A stretch of 64,000 nucleotides of DNA, from positions 1 to 64,000 of the IMG/VR virus record IMGVR_UViG_3300025816_000008; one strand, written 5' to 3'. This document shows, piece after piece, positions 48,475 to 58,571 of this stretch. The DNA comes from a virus. The notes under the pieces are model-generated. The model was not told the DNA's origin. It worked only from the letters and a program-made list of their open reading frames with translations, and searched no databases. Each line of letters opens with the position of its first letter. The first letter of the stretch is position 1. The position numbers and the translations under genes were made by a program.

Positions 48475-49271
48475 TGTTTCAATATTTTTATCACGAAAGA
48501 ATTAGAAAAGCTGTAGCAACGTTCGGTACAATATTTAATGATATCCATGTTCAAAGAACTAATAAAAATGGCGCTATCATTGATCAAGTAAAAGTTCCAT
48601 TGGCTTACGCTCCTAGAGCAAAATATTTAGAAAGAATTAGAGAAAATCCAACTCTTACTGAGGATACAAAGGTTGCGTTAAAGCTTCCTAGAATGTCATT
48701 TGAAATTACTTCGTTAGCATATGATGTAGAAAGAGTTTTGCCAAAAAATAATCATTATAATAAAGTACATGGGTCAAGTATTACTGAAGCAAATAAAATA
48801 TATTCCCCAGCGCCTTATTCAATATTTTTCCAGTTAAACGTTTATGCTAAGTTACAGGATGATGCTCTACAGATTGTAGAGCAAATAGTTCCGTATTTTA
48901 ATCCACAATATACTTTAACAATAAAACCATTTAATAATTTAAGTGACGTAAAAGAAGATGTACCAATTACTTTGCAGTCAATAGCGTTTACTGACGATTT
49001 TGAAGGATCTTTAGAACAAAGACGCACAATTATATACACCTTAGATTTTGGAATGAAAATTAATTTTCATGGACCATTTAGACAAACTAAGATTATTAAT
49101 AAAGCTATTACTAATATGCATATAGATAAAACTTCGTTGACCTCTACCGGAGCTGATTCTGATGGATTATACACAAGAGCTACTATCGTACCAAAACCTT
49201 TAAATGCGTCACCATTTAGTGATTTTGGATTTACAACTAATATGGAATATTTTGGCGACTCGTCACAATAA
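48474..49271 (+). CDS. gp15: Tail sheath stabiliser/terminator gp15
   Basis: YFYHERIRK...FGTIFN, KVPLAYAP, LPRMSFE, QIVEQIVPYFNP. Confidence 0.92.
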   Translation: MFQYFYHERIRKAVATFGTIFNDIHVQRTNKNGAIIDQVKVPLAYAPRAKYLERIRENPTLTEDTKVALKLPRMSFEITSLAYDVERVLPKNNHYNKVHGSSITEANKIYSPAPYSIFFQLNVYAKLQDDALQIVEQIVPYFNPQYTLTIKPFNNLSDVKEDVPITLQSIAFTDDFEGSLEQRRTIIYTLDFGMKINFHGPFRQTKIINKAITNMHIDKTSLTSTGADSDGLYTRATIVPKPLNASPFSDFGFTTNMEYFGDSSQ

Positions 49272-49288
49272 TTTTAAAGGAAAATAAA

Positions 49289-49828
49289 ATGTTAACATTT
49301 AAAGCATATACTACGGCATTAGATGAAGGTAAAGTAGCTAATTTTGCCGGAAGAGCAGCAACAACAGCTGGTGGTTCATATGCGGGTGGTGTAGCCGGAT
49401 CCTATGTTGGCGGTAAAATCGGCGGGCATTTAGCTAGATCTATGAGTCCAACTAGATATATTATGACTAAAGAATTTGATCCTGCATATAAGGCTGGAAA
49501 AGCAGTAGGTTCAACTTTAGGCGGATATGTTGGTAATGCAGTAGGCGGACTAGCCGGCGATAAATTAGCAAAAAAAGTTATTCACCATAAAAAGAAACAT
49601 ATGAAAAAAGAAGATATTAATATGAGTACTGAATCATTTGGAGTTGGAGGTGTTTCAATGATGTCTCCATATGGGCCAAACCATAAACCTGGAGAAGAAA
49701 CTCCAAAGCCAAGAAAATCAAAAGATATGGTTATACTGTCACCTCAGGCAAAAGCTGCAATGGCAGCACAACAAAGAGCCGCAACGTCAAGTCCTCAAGC
49801 TATGGCAAAAAGGATTGGGAAAAGATAA
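49289..49828 (+). CDS. Gly-zipper protein with capsid-targeting-like N-terminus (putative internal head protein)
   Basis: MLTFKAYTTALDE resembles the T4 internal-protein leader; two GxxxGxxxG tracts. Confidence 0.45.
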   Translation: MLTFKAYTTALDEGKVANFAGRAATTAGGSYAGGVAGSYVGGKIGGHLARSMSPTRYIMTKEFDPAYKAGKAVGSTLGGYVGNAVGGLAGDKLAKKVIHHKKKHMKKEDINMSTESFGVGGVSMMSPYGPNHKPGEETPKPRKSKDMVILSPQAKAAMAAQQRAATSSPQAMAKRIGKR

Positions 49829-50220
49829 TGTCCGATTGGAAAAAGTCAGACAATTTACCGGATGATGACTTTGATTATTCTCGTAGAACTTATTACGATT
49901 TAATCGAAAAAGGTAATGCTGCACTTGAAGATATGATTGAAGTAGCTAGAGCTTTAGAACACCCTCGAGCTTTTGAAGTTGTGTCTGGTATGATTAAAAA
50001 TGTTTCAGATGTAAACGATAGACTTATGGATTTACATAAGAAAAAGAAAGAATTTGAAAAGAAAGATGTTTTGCAGGTGACAGCTCCTGAGGGAACCACA
50101 AATAATTTATTTGTAGGATCTACAGTAGATTTGCAAAGAATGTTACAAGATATGAATAACTCTGTTAAGAATGATAACGTAATTGATATTACAGATAGAT
50201 TAGATGATGGAAAAGAATGA
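49828..50220 (+). CDS. gp16: Terminase small subunit gp16
   Basis: DFDYSR..YYDLIEKG, EHPRAFEV, NNLFVGST.DLQ. Confidence 0.9.
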   Translation: MSDWKKSDNLPDDDFDYSRRTYYDLIEKGNAALEDMIEVARALEHPRAFEVVSGMIKNVSDVNDRLMDLHKKKKEFEKKDVLQVTAPEGTTNNLFVGSTVDLQRMLQDMNNSVKNDNVIDITDRLDDGKE

Positions 50221-51826
50221 TTCTTATTTAGGCAACCCAAGTGTTAAACGTGATGGTGTTGTTACTAATTGGACAAATGATGAAGTTAAAGAATATGCTA
50301 AATGCATGCAAGATCCTGCATATTTTGCGAGAACATATTGTAAAGTAATTCACCTTGATAAAGGTTTAGTTCCATTTGATCTATACCCGTATCAAGAAAA
50401 AATGTTTAATCATTTTAATACAAATAGATTTAATATTGTTTTAGCATGCCGGCAATCTGGTAAATCTATTTCATCAGTGGCATATCTACTTTGGTTTGCA
50501 CTTTTTAATAGCGAAAAAGTTATTGCCGTTATGGCAAACAAAGGTGCTACCGCTCGTGAGATGCTTGGAAGAGTTACACTCATGCTAGAAAACTTACCAT
50601 TCTTTTTACAGCCTGGATGCAAAGCTCTTAATAAAGGATCTATTGAATTTAGTAATAATTCAAGGATTGTTGCTGCTGCGACATCGGGATCATCTATTCG
50701 TGGTATGTCTGTTAACCTACTCTATCTCGATGAGTTTGCATTTGTTGAACGAGCAGCAGAGTTTTATACATCAACTTATCCAGTTGTATCATCTGGTAAA
50801 GATACAAAAGTTATTATTACATCTACAGCAAACGGTTTAGGTAATGTTTTTCATAAATTATGGGAAGGTGCAATACAAGAAACAAATGAATTTATTCCAT
50901 TTAGAGTTGACTGGTGGGACGTTCCAGGAAGAGACGAAGAATGGAAAAAAGCTACAGTAGCTAATACTTCGCCTGTACAATTTGATCAAGAGTTTGGAAA
51001 CACATTCTTTGGTACTGGTGATACTCTTATTAATGCTAATACTCTGCTTGAATTAAGAAGACACGCCCCGCTAAGAATTTCTAAAGATGAAGTAAAAGTT
51101 TATAATGATCCAATTAAAGATCACAATTACGTGATGTTAGTTGATGTTGCTAAAGGAAGAGGACAGGACTATAGTACTTTTAGTGTAATCGATATTAGCG
51201 CGGAGCCGTTTAAGCAGGTTGCTGTATATCGCAATAATCTTATCTCTCCCCTCCTCTTCCCTAATATTATATATAAGTATGCAAATTCCTATAATCAAGC
51301 GATGGTTGTAATAGAATCAAATGATGCTGGAATGGTTGTGTGTAATGGTTTATATCATGATTTAGAATATGAAAATATGTTTGTTGAATCATCTATTAAA
51401 GCAGATGCACTTGGTATTCTTATGACTCGTAAAGTAAAACGAATTGGATGTTCTTCATTTAAAGATTTACTAGAAAATAATAAACTTGAAATTGTAGATG
51501 AAGATACAATCATAGAAATTTCTACATTTACTGCAAGAGGCCAGTCGTATGAAGCATCAGATGGTAATCATGATGATATTGTTATGAATTTAGTTATGTT
51601 TGGATATTTTGCCGGTACTAGTGCATTTGGTGAATTAACTGATATTAGTATACGAGATCTTATGTTTCAACAGAGAATGAAAGAAATAGAAGATGATGTT
51701 TTGGATTGGGGATTCGTCGACGATGGATTAGGACCAGCTCCTATAACAACTCCAGCTGATACACCTTGGGCACTAGATCCGTTAGATCGAGGCATTCAAA
51801 TTGAAGAATGGGGTAATAAGTGGTAG
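50204..51826 (+). CDS. gp17: Terminase large subunit gp17
   Basis: Walker A CRQSGKS, Walker B YLDEFAF, ITSTANG, nuclease VDVAKGRGQDYS, HDDIVM. Confidence 0.97.
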   Translation: MMEKNDSYLGNPSVKRDGVVTNWTNDEVKEYAKCMQDPAYFARTYCKVIHLDKGLVPFDLYPYQEKMFNHFNTNRFNIVLACRQSGKSISSVAYLLWFALFNSEKVIAVMANKGATAREMLGRVTLMLENLPFFLQPGCKALNKGSIEFSNNSRIVAAATSGSSIRGMSVNLLYLDEFAFVERAAEFYTSTYPVVSSGKDTKVIITSTANGLGNVFHKLWEGAIQETNEFIPFRVDWWDVPGRDEEWKKATVANTSPVQFDQEFGNTFFGTGDTLINANTLLELRRHAPLRISKDEVKVYNDPIKDHNYVMLVDVAKGRGQDYSTFSVIDISAEPFKQVAVYRNNLISPLLFPNIIYKYANSYNQAMVVIESNDAGMVVCNGLYHDLEYENMFVESSIKADALGILMTRKVKRIGCSSFKDLLENNKLEIVDEDTIIEISTFTARGQSYEASDGNHDDIVMNLVMFGYFAGTSAFGELTDISIRDLMFQQRMKEIEDDVLDWGFVDDGLGPAPITTPADTPWALDPLDRGIQIEEWGNKW

Positions 51827-51845
51827 GCTTCTAAAATCAAATGTA

Positions 51846-51853
51846 TATAAATA
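51846..51853 (+). promoter_or_regulatory. T4-type late promoter
   Basis: TATAAATA upstream of gp18. Confidence 0.75.
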
Positions 51854-51918
51854 TAACTAATTGAACATAACCGTATTATGAAACTTATAATTTCTATTAG
51901 ATTGGAAAAGGAAACGAC

Positions 51919-53667
51919 ATGGCAATATACACACCATCAGAGTCTCCGGCAGTAGTTACAAGAGAAATTGACTTAACAAATGGCGTACCCAACGTACCTA
52001 CTTCTACAGGTGTTATTGTGGGCGATTTTCGTTGGGGTCCATGTAACGAACCGATTCTCGTAAACAATGAAGGAACACTAGTAGCCACATTTGGAACACC
52101 AGATGACACAACTACAGTCGACTTTCATAGTGCCGCTTATTATTTGAGATACTCTAATGATCTTCTGGTCATAAGAGCTATGGACTCAGATACAGGCAAA
52201 AACGCGTTTGAAACTGGCGGGACTAGAACAGCACCAACAGTTGAAAATCAAGCAGAATTTGAAGCCACAGAGGGTGCTCTAGATTCTGATACTCATACAT
52301 TTATAGCTAAATATCCGGGTGCCTTGGGCAATAGTATATCAATAGAAGTAGTTGGATCAAATCAAAATACTCCCGCTACTGTAGGATATCACTTAGATTT
52401 TGATGCTTGGGCATATAAAAATAATTTTGATACCGGACCAGGTACATCAGCGCATACCGCTAGTATTGGTGGTACAAATGATGAAGTTCATGTAATTGTT
52501 AAAGATACAACCGGAGAGCTTAGCGGAACTAAAAATACAGTTCTAGAAACATATCCATATGTTTCACAAGCTAAAGGTGCTCAAAATGCTGATGGAACTA
52601 ATAACTATATTGTAGATGTTATTAATCAAAGATCACAGTATATTAAAATGATAAACTTTGCATCTGGATTTGGTACTGGTGCTGGTGCTGCAGCTACTTC
52701 AACATCAAATATGAAACTAGCAGCAAAGATTACAACTAACTTAACTGGTGGAGCTAACTCTGGTATTCCTGGAACTGATGACTGGATAAATGGATATAAT
52801 ACGGTTGAAGATACTGCTCAGTATTTAATCGATTTTCTTATCGCACCAAGTCTAAATAGTTCTACTGATCATACGACTTTAGTCAATCATTTAGTTACTA
52901 TTGCTGGATCGACTAGAAAAGATTGTATGGTATTTGCATCTCCAAATAGATCTGCGGTTGTTAATAGCCCAGCAACAGCAAATGCTAATATTCTTACCGG
53001 AGTTGCTAACTTTACACGAAGTTCATATCTATCTGTAGATAACAACTTCTTGAAAGTATATGACAAATATAACGATAAATATATCTTTATTCCAGCGGCT
53101 TCATCTACTGCTGGCTTATGCGCAGCTACTGATAACAATTTTGCTCCTTGGGTGTCACCAGCCGGTACTCGAAGGGGTCAATATTTTGGCGTAACTGGAC
53201 TAGCTTATTCACCAAACAAATCTCAAAGAGATCAGCTTTATAGAGCTGGTATTAACCCGGTTACTAATATACCAGGAAATGGGATTCTGTTATTTGGTGA
53301 TAAAACACACTTAGACAGGCCATCAGCATTTGACAGAATTAATGTTCGTAGACTCTTCTTGGTTATCGAAAGAGCCATTGCAGAAGCTGCTAAAAATATT
53401 CTGTTCGAATTCAATGATGAATTTACGAGGGCAGAATTCGTAAATATTGTTGAACCACTTTTGAGAGATATAAAGGGTCGAAGAGGTATTACAGATTTTA
53501 GGCTAGTTGCCGACGAAACTAATAACACCCCATCGATTATTGATACAAATCAATTTGTAGCAAGTCTCTTTATTAAACCAGCACGGTCCATTAACTTCAT
53601 CACTCTTAACTTCGTTGCAGTTCGCACGGGCGTTTCGTTTGAAGAAGTTGTTGGTCAGGCTACATAA
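51919..53667 (+). CDS. gp18: Tail sheath protein gp18
   Basis: SPAVVTREIDLT, FRWGP, SPAGTRRG, GDKT...FDRINVRRLF, KPARSINFITLNFVA. Confidence 0.97.
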   Translation: MAIYTPSESPAVVTREIDLTNGVPNVPTSTGVIVGDFRWGPCNEPILVNNEGTLVATFGTPDDTTTVDFHSAAYYLRYSNDLLVIRAMDSDTGKNAFETGGTRTAPTVENQAEFEATEGALDSDTHTFIAKYPGALGNSISIEVVGSNQNTPATVGYHLDFDAWAYKNNFDTGPGTSAHTASIGGTNDEVHVIVKDTTGELSGTKNTVLETYPYVSQAKGAQNADGTNNYIVDVINQRSQYIKMINFASGFGTGAGAAATSTSNMKLAAKITTNLTGGANSGIPGTDDWINGYNTVEDTAQYLIDFLIAPSLNSSTDHTTLVNHLVTIAGSTRKDCMVFASPNRSAVVNSPATANANILTGVANFTRSSYLSVDNNFLKVYDKYNDKYIFIPAASSTAGLCAATDNNFAPWVSPAGTRRGQYFGVTGLAYSPNKSQRDQLYRAGINPVTNIPGNGILLFGDKTHLDRPSAFDRINVRRLFLVIERAIAEAAKNILFEFNDEFTRAEFVNIVEPLLRDIKGRRGITDFRLVADETNNTPSIIDTNQFVASLFIKPARSINFITLNFVAVRTGVSFEEVVGQAT

Positions 53668-53684
53668 GGGGATAGGAGAATAAA

Positions 53685-54239
53685 ATGGCAATTTTAGGTG
53701 TAGACCAATTTAAAGCAAAATTAGCAGGTGGAGGCGCTCGCCCGAATCTGTTTAAAATCACTCTCGCTTATCCAAGAATCATGACTGGTGATGTTGAACT
53801 AACATCGTTTATGTGTAATGCCGGACAACTACCGGCATCAACCATGGCGACGGTTTTAATTCCGTACAGAGGTAGACAAACGTTTATGGCTGGTGACAGA
53901 ACATTTGATCCTTGGAGCGTTAACGTAATCAACGATACTAACTTTGAAGTAAGACGTAGTATGGAAACTTGGATGAACTCCATGAATGCGCACCAGTCAA
54001 ACACTGGTGTAACTTCTCCATTAGATTATACTGCTGATCTTACAGTAGATCAATTAGATAAGAATGAAACAATACTTTATACTTATAAATTTAGAGGTTG
54101 TTTCCCAACTAACGTTTCAGCTATTCAGCTTTCTTATGCAACTAATGATCAAATCGAAGAGTTTTCAGTTGATTTTAGGATTGATTACTGGGAGAGTTTC
54201 TCTGGCGGAGAAGCTAGTGGTGCAAAAGTTACTTCTTAA
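53685..54239 (+). CDS. gp19: Tail tube protein gp19
   Basis: GGGARPNLF, AGDRTFDPW, FPTNVSAI.L, IEEFSV.F..DYW. Confidence 0.95.
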   Translation: MAILGVDQFKAKLAGGGARPNLFKITLAYPRIMTGDVELTSFMCNAGQLPASTMATVLIPYRGRQTFMAGDRTFDPWSVNVINDTNFEVRRSMETWMNSMNAHQSNTGVTSPLDYTADLTVDQLDKNETILYTYKFRGCFPTNVSAIQLSYATNDQIEEFSVDFRIDYWESFSGGEASGAKVTS

Positions 54240-54245
54240 TTGAGT

Positions 54246-54253
54246 AATAAATA
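54246..54253 (+). promoter_or_regulatory. Late promoter variant (AATAAATA) upstream of gp20
   Basis: One mismatch to consensus; intergenic; followed by the same GTA context as several other late promoters. Confidence 0.55.
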
Positions 54254-54318
54254 GTACTAATTGAAAGGGTACAGGGGGGAATTGATCCCCCCTTACTATA
54301 GTTATTAAAGGATTAATT

Positions 54319-55950
54319 ATGGCAGACAATAATAACACGATAAAGCTTTTTGGTTTTGAAATCAAAAGAGCTGGATCGAAAGATAAAGATGAAAAGCTTA
54401 AATCAGTTGTCACCGCAAAAGATGATGACGGTGCAGGTTACGTAACTGCGTCAGGGGCTGGACATTATGGTCAGTATGTTGATATTGATGGAACTGGAGC
54501 CAAAGATAATTATCAATTAATAATGAAATATCGTGGAGTTTCTGAGCATCCAGAATGTGATGCAGCTATTGAAGATATTGTTAATGAATCAATCGTTATT
54601 GACGATGAGACACCAGGTGTTAGTCTTGTATTAGATGATATTGAAGCTAGTGGGAAAATTAAAAACGAGATTACAGAAGAATTTTCTAATATTTTAAGAA
54701 TGTTAAATTTTGCAGAAGATGGCCATGATATCTTCCGAAGATGGTATATTGATGGAAAAATTTATCATCACTTAGTGGTAGATCCAAGTAATGAAAAAGT
54801 CGGTATTCAAGATATTCGATTTATTGATGCTCCAAAAATGCGTAAAGTAAAAGAGATTAAGAAGAAAAAAGATCAGCTAACAAATGCTGATATTATTGAA
54901 AATGTAAAAGAATATTATGTATATCAAGAAGCTCCTGGAGGACAGCATAAACAGGCAGTAAAATTTACTGAAGATTCTATTAGTTATCTTACTTCAGGAT
55001 TACTTGATCATCAAAGAAAGAAGGTTCTTTCGCATTTACAAAAGGCTATTAAGCCAGTTAATCAATTAAGAATGATGGAAGACTCGCTTGTCATTTATAG
55101 ACTAGCTCGAGCACCGGAGAGAAGAATTTTTTATATTGATGTTGGCAACCTTCCGAAGGGTAAAGCCGAAGAATACATGAAAAATATTATGGCTAAATAT
55201 CGTAATAAACTAGTATACGATGCTAATACAGGTGACTTACGAGATGATCGTAAACATATGTCAATGCTTGAGGATTTTTGGTTACCACGCCGAGAAGGTA
55301 ATAGAAGTACTGAGATTTCAAGTCTTCCAGGTGGCGATAACCTAGGACAGATTGATGACATCATTTACTTTCAAAAACGTTTATATAAGTCTCTTAATGT
55401 TCCAATCGCACGGTTAGAACAAGAAAGTCAGTTTTCATTAGGACGATCAACTGAAATCAGTAGAGACGAAGTAAAATTTCAAAAGTTTATTGATAGACTT
55501 CGCAATAGGTTTTCTCAATTGTTTCTTCGAATTCTTGCTAAACAGCTTGTACTTAAGAAAGTTATAACTGAAGCTGATTGGTCTAAGTGGGAAAGAGATA
55601 TTAAAATTGATTATAATAAAGATAATCATTTTGCCGAATTAAAAGAGACAGAAATTCTAAAAGAAAGACTTGGTACACTTGACATGGTTAACCCATATGT
55701 TGGAGACTATTTCACTAAAGATTGGATTATGAAAAAAGTTCTTAAATTAAGTGAAGAAGAAATGAAAGACTTAGAGGACGAAGTAGAAAAAGAAAACGAA
55801 GAAAATGCAAATCAAATGGCTCAACAGCAGCCAGAGATGGATCCTAACCAGCAGATGCCACAAGAAGATCCAAATCAAATGGCTCAACAGCAGCCACAGG
55901 CACCGCCTCAAGGTCAAAATGTAGTTGCTGCGCGTAAACAATCTAAATAA
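54319..55950 (+). CDS. gp20: Portal protein gp20
   Basis: KLFGFEI, RRWYIDG, YRLARAPERRIFYIDVGNLPK.KAE.Y, EDFWLPRREG. Confidence 0.97.
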   Translation: MADNNNTIKLFGFEIKRAGSKDKDEKLKSVVTAKDDDGAGYVTASGAGHYGQYVDIDGTGAKDNYQLIMKYRGVSEHPECDAAIEDIVNESIVIDDETPGVSLVLDDIEASGKIKNEITEEFSNILRMLNFAEDGHDIFRRWYIDGKIYHHLVVDPSNEKVGIQDIRFIDAPKMRKVKEIKKKKDQLTNADIIENVKEYYVYQEAPGGQHKQAVKFTEDSISYLTSGLLDHQRKKVLSHLQKAIKPVNQLRMMEDSLVIYRLARAPERRIFYIDVGNLPKGKAEEYMKNIMAKYRNKLVYDANTGDLRDDRKHMSMLEDFWLPRREGNRSTEISSLPGGDNLGQIDDIIYFQKRLYKSLNVPIARLEQESQFSLGRSTEISRDEVKFQKFIDRLRNRFSQLFLRILAKQLVLKKVITEADWSKWERDIKIDYNKDNHFAELKETEILKERLGTLDMVNPYVGDYFTKDWIMKKVLKLSEEEMKDLEDEVEKENEENANQMAQQQPEMDPNQQMPQEDPNQMAQQQPQAPPQGQNVVAARKQSK

Positions 55951-55974
55951 AATGATAACTCAAAGATTAAAAAG

Positions 55975-55982
55975 TATAAATA
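55975..55982 (+). promoter_or_regulatory. T4-type late promoter
   Basis: TATAAATA. Confidence 0.75.
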
Positions 55983-55994
55983 TAACTAAAGCAA

Positions 55995-56264
55995 TTGGAG
56001 AATAACATGGATCCCGAACTTGAAATTGATGATGAAATTGAAACTACAGCAGAAGAAGATATGGATATTGATGAAACAGAAGAAGAACAAAATCCAATAT
56101 TAGATATGGTAAATGCTATTGGTGAAGAGGATTATAGTTCGGCTGCAGATATATTTTCTTCATCATTAAATGATAGATTAAATGATGCAATTGAGCAATC
56201 TAGAGTTAATATAGCTTCAAGTATGTATGGGAACGAACAGGAAACAGTAGATGCAGACATTTAA
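55995..56264 (+). CDS. Acidic prohead core protein (gp67-like)
   Basis: Position after gp20, very acidic, A.DIF...L..R...AIE..R..IA helix; true start may be the ATG ~12 nt downstream. Confidence 0.55.
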   Translation: MENNMDPELEIDDEIETTAEEDMDIDETEEEQNPILDMVNAIGEEDYSSAADIFSSSLNDRLNDAIEQSRVNIASSMYGNEQETVDADI

Positions 56265-56463
56265 AGATCTAAAAGGTAAACTTTTACTTGGATCTACAAT
56301 TGTTAAAAAAGTAAAGATTGACCGCAAAAATGTAGTCATTCATAAACTTGCACATAATAAATTTAAAACAATGATTGACGGCGATGAATTAGACACATAT
56401 CCAAATGAAAAAGAAGCTATGGCAATGGCTAAAGAATTCATTAAGCAGTATAAAGGAAGATAA
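56251..56463 (+). CDS. Small basic prohead/internal protein
   Basis: MQTFKDL leader; between gp20 and gp21. Confidence 0.5.
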   Translation: MQTFKDLKGKLLLGSTIVKKVKIDRKNVVIHKLAHNKFKTMIDGDELDTYPNEKEAMAMAKEFIKQYKGR

Positions 56464-56464
56464 T

Positions 56465-56734
56465 ATGACAATGGTTACACTCATGGGTTCAGAAGTAAAT
56501 GCGGCTATTACGCATGGAGCTGCAACCAATCTTTCCAGCGCAAAATGTGTAAGGGTATTCAATAGCCATACTGCTAGTCTTTTAGTAACACGTTGTACAG
56601 CAGCGGGTGTTACTATTGGAACTGCTACTATTGGACCAAAAGAAGTAATTTACTTATATAAAAATTCTGACGAGAAAATATTCGCGGCAGCAACAACAGT
56701 TAAATTAGTGCCAGTTGGATATCTTGGAGGATAA
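56465..56734 (+). CDS. Small hypothetical head-associated protein
   Basis: Start moved to ATG 56465 after AAGGA; beta-rich 89 aa between prohead genes. Confidence 0.5.
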   Translation: MTMVTLMGSEVNAAITHGAATNLSSAKCVRVFNSHTASLLVTRCTAAGVTIGTATIGPKEVIYLYKNSDEKIFAAATTVKLVPVGYLGG

Positions 56735-56736
56735 AA

Positions 56737-57387
56737 ATGAAATTAATTGCAGAATACCAAGATCAAGAAATATCTTATATGACAGAAGCTACCGAAGCCG
56801 GTGGAAAAAATCATGTGATTAAAGGTATTTTTGCGCAAGCTGAAAGCAAGAACCGTAATGGTAGGATTTATCCAAGACCGGTTATGGAAAAAGCAGTAGC
56901 AAAGTATAATAAGGAACAAATAATTCCTAAGAGAGCAGTCGGTGAATTGAACCATCCAGATGGTCCCACTGTAAACTTAGACAAAGTATCCCATCGCATT
57001 ACCGAACTAAATTGGGACGGTAATAACGTGATGGGTAAGGCACTTATATTAGACACTCCGATGGGGCAGATCGTTAAAGGTTTACTCGATGGTGGCGTTC
57101 AACTAGGTGTATCAACTCGTGGTATGGGAAGTCTAGAGAATCGTAATGGAACCAACTATGTAAAAGATGATTTTATGTTAGCAACGGTTGACATTGTTCA
57201 AGATCCATCCGCCCCAGAAGCTTTTGTTAATGGCATTATGGAGGGGGTCGATTGGGTATGGAACAATGGTGTGATAGAAGCTCAAGACATTGAAAAGATT
57301 GAGACTGAAATTAAGAAAGCTCCACGATCGGGATTGTATGAAGTACAAACTCGTGAGTTTAAGAATTTCCTCTCGTTGCTTAAATAA
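56737..57387 (+). CDS. gp21: Prohead protease gp21
   Basis: IKGIFAQAE.KNRNGR.YP, GELNHP, GVSTRGMGSL, DIVQDPSAPEAFV. Confidence 0.96.
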   Translation: MKLIAEYQDQEISYMTEATEAGGKNHVIKGIFAQAESKNRNGRIYPRPVMEKAVAKYNKEQIIPKRAVGELNHPDGPTVNLDKVSHRITELNWDGNNVMGKALILDTPMGQIVKGLLDGGVQLGVSTRGMGSLENRNGTNYVKDDFMLATVDIVQDPSAPEAFVNGIMEGVDWVWNNGVIEAQDIEKIETEIKKAPRSGLYEVQTREFKNFLSLLK

Positions 57388-57402
57388 TAGAGGAGTCAAA
57401 AC

Positions 57403-58560
57403 ATGACTGATCAAAATTACGAACAGGATGTCGACCTCGATGAAGCAACGGAAGTTGTGGACGAGGCTAAGGCACCAACTACAAAAGGTAAGGCACCAGA
57501 GCCTGATCATACCGAAAACGATGGTATGAAAAAGACTAAACCTGATGTCGAAACTAAAAAAGGCGCAGGCGGAACTAAAGCTAAACAAGCAAAAGTTGGC
57601 GATACTTCCGGTCAAGACCCGATGCAAAAACTGAATGCTAGTTACGGAAACAAAATGGAAAATATGACTAAGTTGGCAGCTTTGCCGGCCGATGTTATTA
57701 ATACATTGTATCAAGAAGCATTTGGCGCTGACTTGGATCTAGATGAGTCCGATGAAGAATTGGTAGAGTATAACTTTGATGACGATCTGGAAGCTTTGGT
57801 TGAATCCGAAGCAACTCTTTCAGACGACTTTAAAGGTAAAGCTTCTACAATTTTTGAAGCTGCTGTTAATTCCAAAATTATGGAAAAAGCTGCAGATATG
57901 GAACTTGTCACTGCAACCCTTATCGCCGAAAAAGTTGAAGAGCTAGAAGAGCAATATACCTCCGAAATCTCTGAAGCTGTCACAGAAGCACGTGAAGAGC
58001 TTGTCGAAAAAGTCGATAGTTACTTAAATTACGTTGTTGAAACATGGATGGAAGAAAATAGACTGGCGGTTGAAACCGGTCTTAGAACTGAAATCGCTGA
58101 GACATTTATGAGCAGTTTGAAAGATCTGTTCACCGAGTCTTATATTGAAGTTCCAGAGTCCAAAGTTGATCTTGTCGATGATCTTGCCGAGCAAGTTGTT
58201 GCTCTGGAAGAAAAACTCAATAAAGAAACAGCTACTATCATTGAAATGAGAGCTGGCATGCAGCAAATGGAACGTCAGGCGATTATCGCTAATGCGTCTT
58301 ATGGTCTTGCCGGAACTCAAGCCGATAAACTAACCAAACTTGCAGAATCGATTGATTTCGAATCAGCTGAAGCATTTGCAAATAAAGTAGATACGCTAGT
58401 CGAATCTTACTTTTCAGAAACCACTCCAGTAGAAGCTCCTATGGCTGCTACAATGACTTCTATTACTGAAGAAGTTCACAGTGAAGATGGTGATGATCTT
58501 GTAGAAGCTACAACTGGTCGTATGGAACAATATCTGACTGCAATCAGATCAAATAACTAA
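57403..58560 (+). CDS. gp22: Prohead scaffold/core protein gp22
   Basis: LSDDFK.KASTIFEAAV, KVDSYLNYVVETWMEEN.LAVE.GLRTEIAE.F. Confidence 0.93.
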   Translation: MTDQNYEQDVDLDEATEVVDEAKAPTTKGKAPEPDHTENDGMKKTKPDVETKKGAGGTKAKQAKVGDTSGQDPMQKLNASYGNKMENMTKLAALPADVINTLYQEAFGADLDLDESDEELVEYNFDDDLEALVESEATLSDDFKGKASTIFEAAVNSKIMEKAADMELVTATLIAEKVEELEEQYTSEISEAVTEAREELVEKVDSYLNYVVETWMEENRLAVETGLRTEIAETFMSSLKDLFTESYIEVPESKVDLVDDLAEQVVALEEKLNKETATIIEMRAGMQQMERQAIIANASYGLAGTQADKLTKLAESIDFESAEAFANKVDTLVESYFSETTPVEAPMAATMTSITEEVHSEDGDDLVEATTGRMEQYLTAIRSNN

Positions 58561-58571
58561 GGAGACAAAAG

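Noticed and set aside
57178-57714. 178-aa minus-strand ORF and the many other 60-140 aa opposite-strand or alternate-frame ORFs in the track
   Set aside because: Shadows of well-supported genes; no recognisable motifs
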